From NCBI GenBank assembly GCA_900767825.1, contig CAAGAN010000038.1, forward strand, positions 29,645 through 93,644: DNA of 64,000 nucleotides. The letters run 5' to 3'. This DNA comes from Bacilli bacterium (lineage in GTDB: Bacteria; Bacillota_I; Bacilli_A; RFN20; CAG-826). Shown piece after piece: positions 9,401-18,115 of this stretch; positions within the stretch are counted from its first letter, which is position 1, and each line of letters begins with the position of its first letter. A program made the translations under genes and the position numbers. The notes beneath the pieces were generated by a model. That model had not been told where the DNA came from and did not search any database. It saw only the letters and a list, made by a program, of their open reading frames with translations.

Positions 9401-9817
9401 TTATTTGTCTAGAAGGCGTGCTTTTGTGAAATCAAACAAAAGCGTGGGCGAGACTTCGCAATCGAGATAATCTCCTTCACAAATGAAATTACCTGCTGCC
9501 AGTTCTTTCGAAACCAGACACTTGATATTCTCAACAAATGTCGGGTTGCTCCATCTAAGCGAATCAGTTCGTTCTTTTTTTTCAGGAACAAACTTCATAG
9601 CCCCAGAAGCATCTTTGTCGCATTTTCTAATGCCAAGTTGTTTATCAACCTTATTAATGAACATTTGTACATAATGAGCATATTCAAGTCTAGATAAAGC
9701 TTGTTTAGAAAACCCAACACCATTTTTTGTTATGGAGATTGTCGGTTTTCCAGCAACCCTATCCAATGGCTGGAAATTTGGATTTTCGAATATTGAAGTC
9801 ACAGCTACTGCCTCCAT
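9401..9817 (-). CDS. Hypothetical protein (138 aa)
   Basis: Clean ORF co-directional with the DUF4417 cluster. I recognise no motif. Confidence 0.5.
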   Translation of the reverse strand: MEAVAVTSIFENPNFQPLDRVAGKPTISITKNGVGFSKQALSRLEYAHYVQMFINKVDKQLGIRKCDKDASGAMKFVPEKKERTDSLRWSNPTFVENIKCLVSKELAAGNFICEGDYLDCEVSPTLLFDFTKARLLDK

Positions 9818-10429
9818 AAATAATTATAATGCTATAGCGAATATTAAACAAATGCTTTTTTATTATTTCATGTTTTCTCTTGTTGTTTCTTTCATAGTCC
9901 CTAACATCATCCTGATAAAAATGGCATTTTATGGCCACTATTTATTTTTTTAACATAATTAATTATTAATTTTTTTAAAGCTTTTTAAATGAACTAAAAC
10001 AAAAAGCAAAGAAATATATGCAATAAAAAGAGAAATTTAACGAATAACAATCAAAAAACAAATAACACGCTAAACCACATGATAATTAACAAAAGTAAGC
10101 AAGACGTTGATTAAAAATTTGATATTATCAAATTAGTCGAGTTGCCCCTATCGTTTTCACCCGTTTATCGAAAATGGTTCTTATTATTTCTTTATGCACT
10201 AAATTCCAAATAGAGTGTCATTTATAAAAATGGTACCTAATTTTTTCATTCTTCGAGAGATTTTTAAGGAACTGTTTTGTCTTTGAAAAGAGATGCCCAG
10301 GTTTCTACATCAAATCACAATATAAGAAAATATAGTAGCAAATTAGCCGAATTTGTCATAAATATTTTGGCACGTTGGTGGAAGAATAATGATTCTTTCG
10401 GTTTGCATTATTTAACTCACGCAAAATTC

Positions 10430-12616
10430 TTATTTTCTTTCAATCCACTTAATCTCGTGAGGGGCTAAGCTAAATTCAGTTTTATTCCCATCTATATCAA
10501 AGAATGTAGTCTTTCCTTCTTTATCTACGTTATTTAATAAAGAATATGAATTGCTAGAAGAATAATAATAACAATCAATATTTGGATTACTAGATAAAGC
10601 CTTTTGGTAACTATTCTCTTTTTTAGATGCCCAAAGAAGGCTCTTATATATAAGCCTAAAAGCTTCAAAAGAATCTAATAGACCAGAGATATATACTGCC
10701 CTGCCTTTATTATATGTATTGACTGAGAAATCAATATTCCCTCCTTGAAGGGTATTTTGGGTAGGATCATTTTCATTTATCGAGCAAGATAATATAGTCG
10801 CACCGATCGGATAAACCATTTCTCTAGAAGAAACAAATTTAACCTTAGACATATCTAAATCGGAAATAATCCAGTGATTAGAATCGATTTTATCAAATAC
10901 CTTATTCTTGCAATAGGTAAATCCTCTTTCTTTTTCTATTCCAAATATATCTCCTAGCTGGATATATTTGCCTTCGTAGAAATATCCGCTAGGACTACCA
11001 ATTCCAATTAATCCCCCGCCGTTATAGACATATTCCCTAATCTTGGTTAATAAGATTTCATTCTTCCAATAATAATCACCCTGGAAAGAAGAACCTTCTA
11101 GGCCTGTATTAACTAATACATCATATTTAGATATATCTATATTTCCGTTAATGATGTCATCAAAGGAAATAAATTCTACTTCAACAGGCTGTCCACATAT
11201 GGCATTAAAGAAAGTCCCATATCCTTTTGTTTCCATCTTTGTATCGTCAGTAAAATTGCCATTGAACATCCAGCTATTTTGTCTTCCCCAATAACTCATG
11301 ACTCCAACTTTAACAAAATTAAAGGAACCAGATTTATCTACATGCGACTTGATTAGACGGAATTCATCACATACTTGTTTGGCTAGCTTTTGGAAATTAG
11401 GATAAGAATCCACAAGCTTTAGATATCCACCAAATCCAATACGGTCGATGCATTTCTTTAATAATCCCCTTCTCTCGCTTAAATAATTCTTATTTAGATA
11501 GGCACATCCTAACTCATCACTAGGACATTCATTAGGAAAGAAATATGGATTTAATCTACCTTCGGTATATTTAATGCCTTTCATATCAGTTAATAAACGG
11601 ATATAAGGCCCGCTATGAGGGGCACCAACAACTGCATCTAGTCCAATAGAAGCAAAATAAGGATTATATGGTTCAACTCCAATTCGATGATCCCCATCAA
11701 ACATCATAGCTTTCTTGTTATATTTATGGACTATATCAACAAATAATTTAGCCCAGCCACAGCATTTCCTTTGGACCATATCGATATAACATCTAGTTTT
11801 CTTGCTAGGTATTTGATATCTAGATGCATATGTTCCTGAAGTAACTAAATCTTCTAGAGTTATTTCTTCTCCATATTCTTTTTTAAATTCATTAAACATC
11901 ATAGGAGATGCACTCATCGCATAGGTATGCCAATCCCAGATAGATTGATGTAAGCCATCTTTATAAACCATGAAGAAGTTATAGAAGAATGTAGTAAAAC
12001 GTACGACAGTGATGTCTGGATTAGATTTACACCACTGTTCCATTCTATCCAACATATGCTTTAAAGCTTCTGGATAGATTGGATCTATATCAATATCAAT
12101 AGGAACGTCTTCCCAATTATTTGAATGGTAATTATATATTTGGACTGGATCCCATAAGTTTTTAGCAAAGAAGCTAACCGTATATTCATGGAATAGGATA
12201 GCTTTATTTATCCTGACGATATTATTCCCGATATATTCATAATCATTAACTAGTTCCCCAGTCGTACGGTCAAATACCTGCATGTAATCCAATGCATCAA
12301 TATTTACTTCTAGTGATTTCTTGAAGATATTTTCTAATAAATCAATATCTAGGGTTTTTGAAGTCGCTAATTTCCTATCGGTAATTAAAGCAACGTTTTG
12401 AAGATATTCAGGATGGTTCTTCGCATATTCATGGTCTTCCCTAATTATGAAATAGGCTTTATATACTTCGCAGTCAAATAATTCTTTTGCATTCTTAGGA
12501 AGAGAAACTCCATCGCAATCCCTAACGGCATCAGCTCCCCATAGGTCAATATATTTTTTTGTCCCTTCGATAAAATTAGAATCGGTTGGAATTGTTACAA
12601 AGCCTTTATTTTTCAT
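10430..12616 (-). CDS. lnpA: GH112 1,3-beta-galactosyl-N-acetylhexosamine (lacto-N-biose/galacto-N-biose) phosphorylase
   Basis: Collinear with the Bifidobacterium LNBP as I remember it: LWGADAVRDCDG, VVRFTTFFY, MMFDGDHRIGVEPY, GLDAVVGAP, KYTEGRLNPYFFP, GFGGYL, ISFDDI, KGRAVYISGL, SSNPN. Confidence 0.9.
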   Translation of the reverse strand: MKNKGFVTIPTDSNFIEGTKKYIDLWGADAVRDCDGVSLPKNAKELFDCEVYKAYFIIREDHEYAKNHPEYLQNVALITDRKLATSKTLDIDLLENIFKKSLEVNIDALDYMQVFDRTTGELVNDYEYIGNNIVRINKAILFHEYTVSFFAKNLWDPVQIYNYHSNNWEDVPIDIDIDPIYPEALKHMLDRMEQWCKSNPDITVVRFTTFFYNFFMVYKDGLHQSIWDWHTYAMSASPMMFNEFKKEYGEEITLEDLVTSGTYASRYQIPSKKTRCYIDMVQRKCCGWAKLFVDIVHKYNKKAMMFDGDHRIGVEPYNPYFASIGLDAVVGAPHSGPYIRLLTDMKGIKYTEGRLNPYFFPNECPSDELGCAYLNKNYLSERRGLLKKCIDRIGFGGYLKLVDSYPNFQKLAKQVCDEFRLIKSHVDKSGSFNFVKVGVMSYWGRQNSWMFNGNFTDDTKMETKGYGTFFNAICGQPVEVEFISFDDIINGNIDISKYDVLVNTGLEGSSFQGDYYWKNEILLTKIREYVYNGGGLIGIGSPSGYFYEGKYIQLGDIFGIEKERGFTYCKNKVFDKIDSNHWIISDLDMSKVKFVSSREMVYPIGATILSCSINENDPTQNTLQGGNIDFSVNTYNKGRAVYISGLLDSFEAFRLIYKSLLWASKKENSYQKALSSNPNIDCYYYSSSNSYSLLNNVDKEGKTTFFDIDGNKTEFSLAPHEIKWIERK

Positions 12617-12982
12617 ATATTACTTAATCCTTTTTTTAAGTTTTTGAATCAAAGAACAATAGTTTATCTAAATTAAAGCAAATCTCTACTTCATTAATAG
12701 GAGAAACCTTGCTATCACTAGGAATCTTCATGATGATTTCTCGCTCATCAATTTAAAATAAACTGCAAGTTCAAATCCTAATAATTCTATAAAATCACAT
12801 GCCAATTTAAAAGACTCGCTCTTGTTTTTAATTGTTTGTTTTAGTTAAACATTTGTTTCTCGAAAATAAATCTCAAATAAAGATGCTAAATTATTTTTTA
12901 TGGCATTTTGTAATTGCTTTAACAATATATTCCTTTGATTTTGTATCATTACAATGATATAAATATTAATAGGAAAACCATT

Positions 12983-13681
12983 ATGGCTACAATCAAATTA
13001 TTTCATGGATCAAGCAATAAAATAGAAACCCCTAGTTATTTATTAGGAAAGCCCAATAACGACTATGGAAAAGGATTTTATTGCACCCAAGATATAGAAT
13101 TAGCCAAAGAATGGGCGTGTAAACAAAATTCGGATGGATATGTAAACGAATATAATCTAGATTTGGATGGATTAAAGATATTGGACCTATTAAATGGGGA
13201 ATATAATATCCTCAACTGGATTGCCTTATTGCTAAAATACCGCACGTTCACTATAGAAGATGAAATAGCACTTGATGCGAAAGAATACATATTAAAGCAT
13301 TATTTCATTGACCTACCTAATTATGATGTTGCCATAGGTTATAGGGCTGATGATTCTTATTTTTCCTTTGCTTATTCTTTTGTTAGCAATTCATTGCCAT
13401 TAAAAGGATTAACAAAGGCATTAGAATTAGGAAAATTGGGGACGCAATTTGCTTTAATATCAAAAAAAGCTTTTACTCAACTAAAATATATTTCTAGCGA
13501 GAAAGTTGATGGAAGAGCCTATTTTTGCAAGTTTTCATCTAGAGATAGCCTTGCTAGAGATACATATAAAAAGGTAATTAAAAAGCAAAAGTCCTATAAA
13601 GACGATATCTTCGTGATGGATATATTAAGACAGGAGATCAAAGAAGATGACCCCCGCATACAAAGAATGTTACATAAATGA
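12983..13681 (+). CDS. DUF3990-like protein with a PARP-like H-Y-E ADP-ribosyltransferase signature
   Basis: Start chosen at MATIKLFHGS (ATG 12983, AGGAAA RBS). LFHGSS, DYGKGFYCT and YVNEYNL parallel PARP1 LWHGSR, FGKGIYFA and LYNEYIVY. Confidence 0.7.
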   Translation: MATIKLFHGSSNKIETPSYLLGKPNNDYGKGFYCTQDIELAKEWACKQNSDGYVNEYNLDLDGLKILDLLNGEYNILNWIALLLKYRTFTIEDEIALDAKEYILKHYFIDLPNYDVAIGYRADDSYFSFAYSFVSNSLPLKGLTKALELGKLGTQFALISKKAFTQLKYISSEKVDGRAYFCKFSSRDSLARDTYKKVIKKQKSYKDDIFVMDILRQEIKEDDPRIQRMLHK

Positions 13682-13688
13682 TGCATCA

Positions 13689-14297
13689 ATGAATCTAGGG
13701 GCTGCTTTTGATTATGCATTAAATACATGGAAACTAGATATAGACTTTTTTCAATTTGCTTTCTCTTCTAGCCCTTTAATTGCTCAATTTGAAAGAGGCA
13801 ATCCTAGTGTAGTTTCTGGCAGAAGCGGGATTGAATTAGTTAGGGATATTATTTATGAAATAGATAAAAAAGCCAAATCCCCTGCCCCTTCTATTATTCT
13901 AAATAGGACTCCTGAGTATTGGGCTGGGTATTACCTAGCTAAATATCAATGGGCTTATTGCAGGCGTTTTAAAGACATATTATCTAGAATCAAATTAAGC
14001 GAAATAATATCTATGTATCCTTTATATCATGAAATGGATGTAACTAGATTCTATGAAGAAATGGAAAGACGCTATAAGGAAGCTAGTAAAGAAACTAGTT
14101 TAGCTAGGATCAGGAAGAGTTATTCATTATCCCAGTCAGAATTAGCAAAATTATCAAATGTAAATCTACGTTCGATTCAATTATATGAGCAAAGAGTAAA
14201 TGATATAGACAAGGCTGAAGCCCATACCTTATTCAAATTAGCAGTTGTTCTTAAATGTAATATAGAAGATTTATTAGAGAGTCCTGCATCTATATAA
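13689..14297 (+). CDS. Protein with a C-terminal XRE-type helix-turn-helix; partner of the DUF3990-like gene
   Basis: C-terminus SLSQSELAKLSNVNLRSIQLYEQRVNDIDKAEAHTLFKLAVVLKCNIEDLL is a classic HTH_3. The start is either ATG 13689 (7 nt after the upstream stop) or 13647 (overlapping). Confidence 0.7.
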   Translation: MNLGAAFDYALNTWKLDIDFFQFAFSSSPLIAQFERGNPSVVSGRSGIELVRDIIYEIDKKAKSPAPSIILNRTPEYWAGYYLAKYQWAYCRRFKDILSRIKLSEIISMYPLYHEMDVTRFYEEMERRYKEASKETSLARIRKSYSLSQSELAKLSNVNLRSIQLYEQRVNDIDKAEAHTLFKLAVVLKCNIEDLLESPASI

Positions 14298-14299
14298 GC

Positions 14300-15742
14300 C
14301 TAATTAAAAAGATCATTTAAGCAGATTAATTTAGAAAAGATGCCTGAGTATTCGTTCTTTTTTAAGCCGAATGTTGTTATCAACGTATTCTGAACAACAC
14401 TTTTTTTAGAAATCAATGATGTTACGTAGTTAACTCTGCTTAGTAATGTTTCGTAATACTTTTTATCAACAGAGAAAACATCTCCATAGTATTTTATTTC
14501 ACAGACATTGACTACATCATCTTTTCTTTCAATTATCAAATCAATTTGTTTGCCGTTTGTATTCTCATTGCCTTGGATATGAAGAACGGATTGATTAGTG
14601 GATACTCCACTTATGCCTAAAGCAGCCTTGATTTGTTTTATATGATTTAAGCAGACATTTTCAAAAGCAATCCCTCTCCAAGAAACGAATTTCTGTGAAT
14701 TGAAATTATCGGTATAGTAAGTTTCGTTTATGGAAGATTGTTCATTAACAATTTTTAAATAGAAAATAGAGAATGGATCAATTAATTTATAGCATTCATC
14801 TCTTTTCTTTCCTTTAAAAGGAACATATTTCATGACGAAATCGCTGCCGACTAAAGAAGACAATGCAGTATATAAAGATTCCCCATCGCTCATTGACAAT
14901 GCATCCATTATTTCGTTTTTAGTATATCCAACATCATTTTTAGCTAATAATTTAATGATAGCCATGGTTGTTTTTAAATTAGAAAAGTCCAAAGAAAGCA
15001 AATTATTGAATTCGCCTTTTAGCTTTGCATTAACTTTAAAGAACAAATTATCGATGTTTTCTATGAAAGTAAGATTACTAGAAAAGTAGTTAAGATAATA
15101 AGGTATTCCACCTACCATCATGTAAGCCTGTGCTATATCGTATATTGATATTTGAATTTTCTTTTCTTGGAATAATTCTTCGTATTCTTTTAGTGAAAAA
15201 GGCACTAGCTTAATTTGATAAGTAATTCTTCCATAAAGCCCGCCATGGTTATTAATTAATTTATTTAATATATAGGATGTCGCACTGCTACATACGATAA
15301 GCATTAAATTATTTCTAGCGCATCCCCAATTATTCCAAAATGATTCAAACGCTGTAATGAAGTCGGATTTAGGAGTATCTAGCCATGGAAATTCATCTAT
15401 GAAAACAACTTGTCTGGATCCAGAATCTTTTTCAATCAAAAACTTTTTCAGCAAGGCAAATGCTTCAAACCAATCTTCTGGTTTATCGCATTTTTCCATC
15501 CCCTGTTCAATAAGCGACTGATAGAAACTTTTTAGTTGTTTGTTCAAAAGACTTCTACCTTTCATATTTTTTAATTCAATAGGAGACAGCCCAGCATGCT
15601 TAAATGTAAATTTATCGGCAAAGGTTTGGTTTATTAAATACGTTTTGCCAACCCTTCTCCTGCCGTAAACTACTACAAATTGGGAATCATTTGATTCATA
15701 TAAATCCAATAGTTCATTTTGCTCAGCGTTTCTTCCAACCAT
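14300..15742 (-). CDS. ATP-binding protein, archaeal-type ATPase/DUF234 class, with a C-terminal PD-(D/E)xK-like motif
   Basis: Walker A YGRRRVGKTYLI and Walker B VVFIDEFPWL. The C-terminus has KQIDLIIER...VCEIKY. Confidence 0.85.
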   Translation of the reverse strand: MVGRNAEQNELLDLYESNDSQFVVVYGRRRVGKTYLINQTFADKFTFKHAGLSPIELKNMKGRSLLNKQLKSFYQSLIEQGMEKCDKPEDWFEAFALLKKFLIEKDSGSRQVVFIDEFPWLDTPKSDFITAFESFWNNWGCARNNLMLIVCSSATSYILNKLINNHGGLYGRITYQIKLVPFSLKEYEELFQEKKIQISIYDIAQAYMMVGGIPYYLNYFSSNLTFIENIDNLFFKVNAKLKGEFNNLLSLDFSNLKTTMAIIKLLAKNDVGYTKNEIMDALSMSDGESLYTALSSLVGSDFVMKYVPFKGKKRDECYKLIDPFSIFYLKIVNEQSSINETYYTDNFNSQKFVSWRGIAFENVCLNHIKQIKAALGISGVSTNQSVLHIQGNENTNGKQIDLIIERKDDVVNVCEIKYYGDVFSVDKKYYETLLSRVNYVTSLISKKSVVQNTLITTFGLKKNEYSGIFSKLICLNDLFN

Positions 15743-16033
15743 ATAATTACCAACTACGTATTGTTATTTTAAATAACCAAAGGTTTTTGATAAACAAAAA
15801 AAGTGTAGATAACGCGTGGAAAACATATATTTTTTAGTAGTTTTACCGGTCTTATCTACATGTTTTTCATATAAATAGAAGATTGATTTAGATAGATATC
15901 TATAAAAAAGTACCGATGAATACTGGCTTTTTAAATAAAATGTGGCGGAAATGTGAACTAGCCCATAAAAGACGAGAGAAAATAGCGAAAGCATAAGAAA
16001 ACTTTCACCTCACTACCTTAAATTGAAACTTCT

Positions 16034-16064
16034 GACTAATTCCGAATTGAATTCGGAATTAGTC
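16034..16064. terminator. 31-nt perfect palindrome between the two tandem ATPase genes
   Basis: GACTAATTCCGAATT-G-AATTCGGAATTAGTC lies 29 nt after the stop of 16093-17424. Only a weak T-run follows on the minus strand. Confidence 0.45.
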
Positions 16065-16092
16065 AATGACATGTTTAGTACATAGAAAAGTG

Positions 16093-17424
16093 TCAAATAA
16101 ACAAAACCATATAATGTGGAACGGTCTTCTTTACGCCGTCAATTCCAACATTCCCATTAATTAGTTTATAAGCGACTTTAGGAGAATAACTCTTAATAAA
16201 ATTATTCAAAGAAATTGAGGCTGCATTACCTGCCTTGACTTCGATTGGAAGTACCTCTCCATCTTTTTCTATCAAGAACTCTAATTCTTGGTTATCATCA
16301 GGTCTATAATAATGCAATTTATATCCTTTCTTAACCAAAAGTTCAGATACCACATTTTCATAAATTGCCCCTTTGGCGTTACCTTTTAGAGTATTATTTA
16401 GAATAGCAATCTTCGTTTCTCTTCCATACATTTCCGTTAGTAATCCAGTATCGTTGATATAGAGTTTGAATTGCTCTTCTATTTCATTTGCCATAAGGGG
16501 AATATATGGTTCTCTAACGTTATAGCAAGCATTTACAAGAGCAGAATCTTTTAACCATTTAATGCTTCCAGAAAACTTTCTGCTAGTCTGCCTAGTTTCT
16601 ACAACAGAATACTGGAACTTCTTGATTTCTCTTGCTAATTGTTTAGGAATGGAATCATAACATTGCCTTACCTTTATTTTTTGATCACCTTTAGCGTGAT
16701 TGGATATATCACCTTGGTAATCCGTAATAATCTTATCCTGAACTCTTATTGCTTCGTTGAAATTATTAGATTTTTCAAATGCATCAACAACTTCAGGCAT
16801 GCCTCCGACAACAATATATTCCCTAAATAATGATTCCATTTTTTCATTAATATCGCTTGGGACAGCAATGCCTTTATCAAAAAATGATTTTACGTATAAA
16901 AGTTGTTTATCTTCGTATCCTTTTGACCATAGATATTCTTCAAAATCCATTGGATACATTACCATGGCTGATTCATAACCAACAGGTATAGACTCGGGGA
17001 CTTCAACATTTTTTTCATCATCTTCCCCATATTCGAGTCCAAGTAAAGAACCTGATGCAATAAAGTCATAACGTAAATCAGATGCTAAGAATTTAATAGC
17101 AGTTCTTGCATCACCACAATTTTGTATTTCGTCTAAAAAGAAAAGGGTTCTACCTTCTAGAAGTTTCATTTTTGGAAAATATATAGATAAACGTTGATAA
17201 ATTGCTTCCGGGCTCTTATTGCCTCTAAAAGCATTTTTAAGTTCAGGCTGTTTTATAAAATTGATTTCTATAAAAGACTTATATTCCTTTTTTCCGAATT
17301 TCTCGACTAAATACGACTTGCCGACCTGCCTGGCCCCTTTTATAAGCAGGGCTTCTTTCAATGATTTATTGTGCTTAGTATTTTTCCAATCAAGTAATTG
17401 TTGATATGCCTTTCTCTTTAACAT
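16093..17424 (-). CDS. AAA ATPase (AAA_14 + DUF4143 type) with a C-terminal PD-(D/E)xK-like motif
   Basis: Real start is MLKRKAYQQLLDW at ATG 17424, preceded by AAAGGAGG. Walker A GARQVGKSYLV and Walker B LFFLDEIQ. The C-terminus has ELEFLIE...PIEVKAG. Confidence 0.85.
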   Translation of the reverse strand: MLKRKAYQQLLDWKNTKHNKSLKEALLIKGARQVGKSYLVEKFGKKEYKSFIEINFIKQPELKNAFRGNKSPEAIYQRLSIYFPKMKLLEGRTLFFLDEIQNCGDARTAIKFLASDLRYDFIASGSLLGLEYGEDDEKNVEVPESIPVGYESAMVMYPMDFEEYLWSKGYEDKQLLYVKSFFDKGIAVPSDINEKMESLFREYIVVGGMPEVVDAFEKSNNFNEAIRVQDKIITDYQGDISNHAKGDQKIKVRQCYDSIPKQLAREIKKFQYSVVETRQTSRKFSGSIKWLKDSALVNACYNVREPYIPLMANEIEEQFKLYINDTGLLTEMYGRETKIAILNNTLKGNAKGAIYENVVSELLVKKGYKLHYYRPDDNQELEFLIEKDGEVLPIEVKAGNAASISLNNFIKSYSPKVAYKLINGNVGIDGVKKTVPHYMVLFI

Positions 17425-17484
17425 TGATATTGCCTCCTTTTTAAGGAAATTGTATATAAAAATGAGCGATAAGTAAATATGACT

Positions 17485-17633
17485 TGCATCAAATCGGATA
17501 GTCAATTTATCGAAAAATGCATCAAATCGGATAGTCGAAACTTGAAAAAATGCATCAAATCGGATAGTCAATTTATCGAAAAATGCATCAAATCGGATGG
17601 TTAATTTGAGAAAATTTGCATCGAATGGGGACT
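17485..17633. repeat. Five phased direct repeats (17-nt core TGCATCAAATCGGATAG on plus) at an exact 33-bp period, upstream of the ATPase gene
   Basis: Cores start at 17485, 17518, 17551 and 17584, with a degenerate copy at 17617. Spacers 1 and 3 are identical, giving a 66-bp higher-order unit. Confidence 0.9.
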
Positions 17634-17741
17634 TACAATAAGTATGTGTTTTAGGTCCTGAAGACTTGCAAGAAATTTTGTGTTTGAGTAAATAGGATGT
17701 AATAACTGACAAGATAGATATATAGCAGTCACCAATACGCT

Positions 17742-18113
17742 TTATCTTGCATATGCAAAAGATTGAGGGGCAGTCCTTAAACCAAATTCAATTAATGATT
17801 TAGGTTCATCATATACTTTTACTTTCCCTAATTTATATGCATATGCTACAGATCTATTTTTAAAGTATTCACCAAAGAATTCTTTGCTTATACCAGAATA
17901 ATCCTTTGTTTGTTCCCATAATGTATTAGGATCAAGCGATAAGACTTCAATAACATCTACTTCTGCTACAACCTTTTTAATAGGAGCAGTTTCATAGATT
18001 AGAAGTTTATTTACATCCTTACTAGCTATTCTAGTACGGTACTCATATCTTTTGGACCCATTAATAATGTTATTAACGTGTCTTGGATTAATAGACACTA
18101 TAATCTTATTCAT
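17742..18113 (-). CDS. ASCH (PUA-like) domain protein
   Basis: IVSINPRHVNNIINGSKRYEYR...LLIYETAPIKKVVAEVDV matches the ASCH/COG4933 pattern. It starts 3 nt after the nuclease gene stop. Confidence 0.75.
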   Translation of the reverse strand: MNKIIVSINPRHVNNIINGSKRYEYRTRIASKDVNKLLIYETAPIKKVVAEVDVIEVLSLDPNTLWEQTKDYSGISKEFFGEYFKNRSVAYAYKLGKVKVYDEPKSLIEFGLRTAPQSFAYAR

Positions 18114-18115
18114 TA

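Noticed and set aside
12768-12777. tRNA T-loop-like GTTCAAATCC in the spacer upstream of the GH112 gene
   Set aside because: I found no complementary acceptor stem, D-arm or anticodon arm around it. It looks like a chance match in AT-rich DNA.
15764-15994. 76-aa minus-strand ORF between the two tandem ATPase genes
   Set aside because: It has no RBS and a Phe/Tyr/Leu-rich composition typical of random AT-rich ORFs. The region more likely holds the promoter of 14300-15742 and a 10-bp inverted repeat (TGTAGATAA/TTATCTACA).
17485-17633. CRISPR-like appearance (17-nt repeats with 16-nt spacers)
   Set aside because: Repeat and spacer are far too short. Spacers 1 and 3 are identical and there are no cas genes. 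It is a phased direct-repeat/iteron array.
17425-17712. 96-codon N-terminal extension of the ORF-track protein 16093-17712 (repeating KLTIRFDAFFD peptide)
   Set aside because: It is the in-frame translation of the 33-bp DNA iteron array. A strong AAAGGAGG RBS and the family-typical N-terminus (MLKRKAYQQLLDW) begin at 17424.
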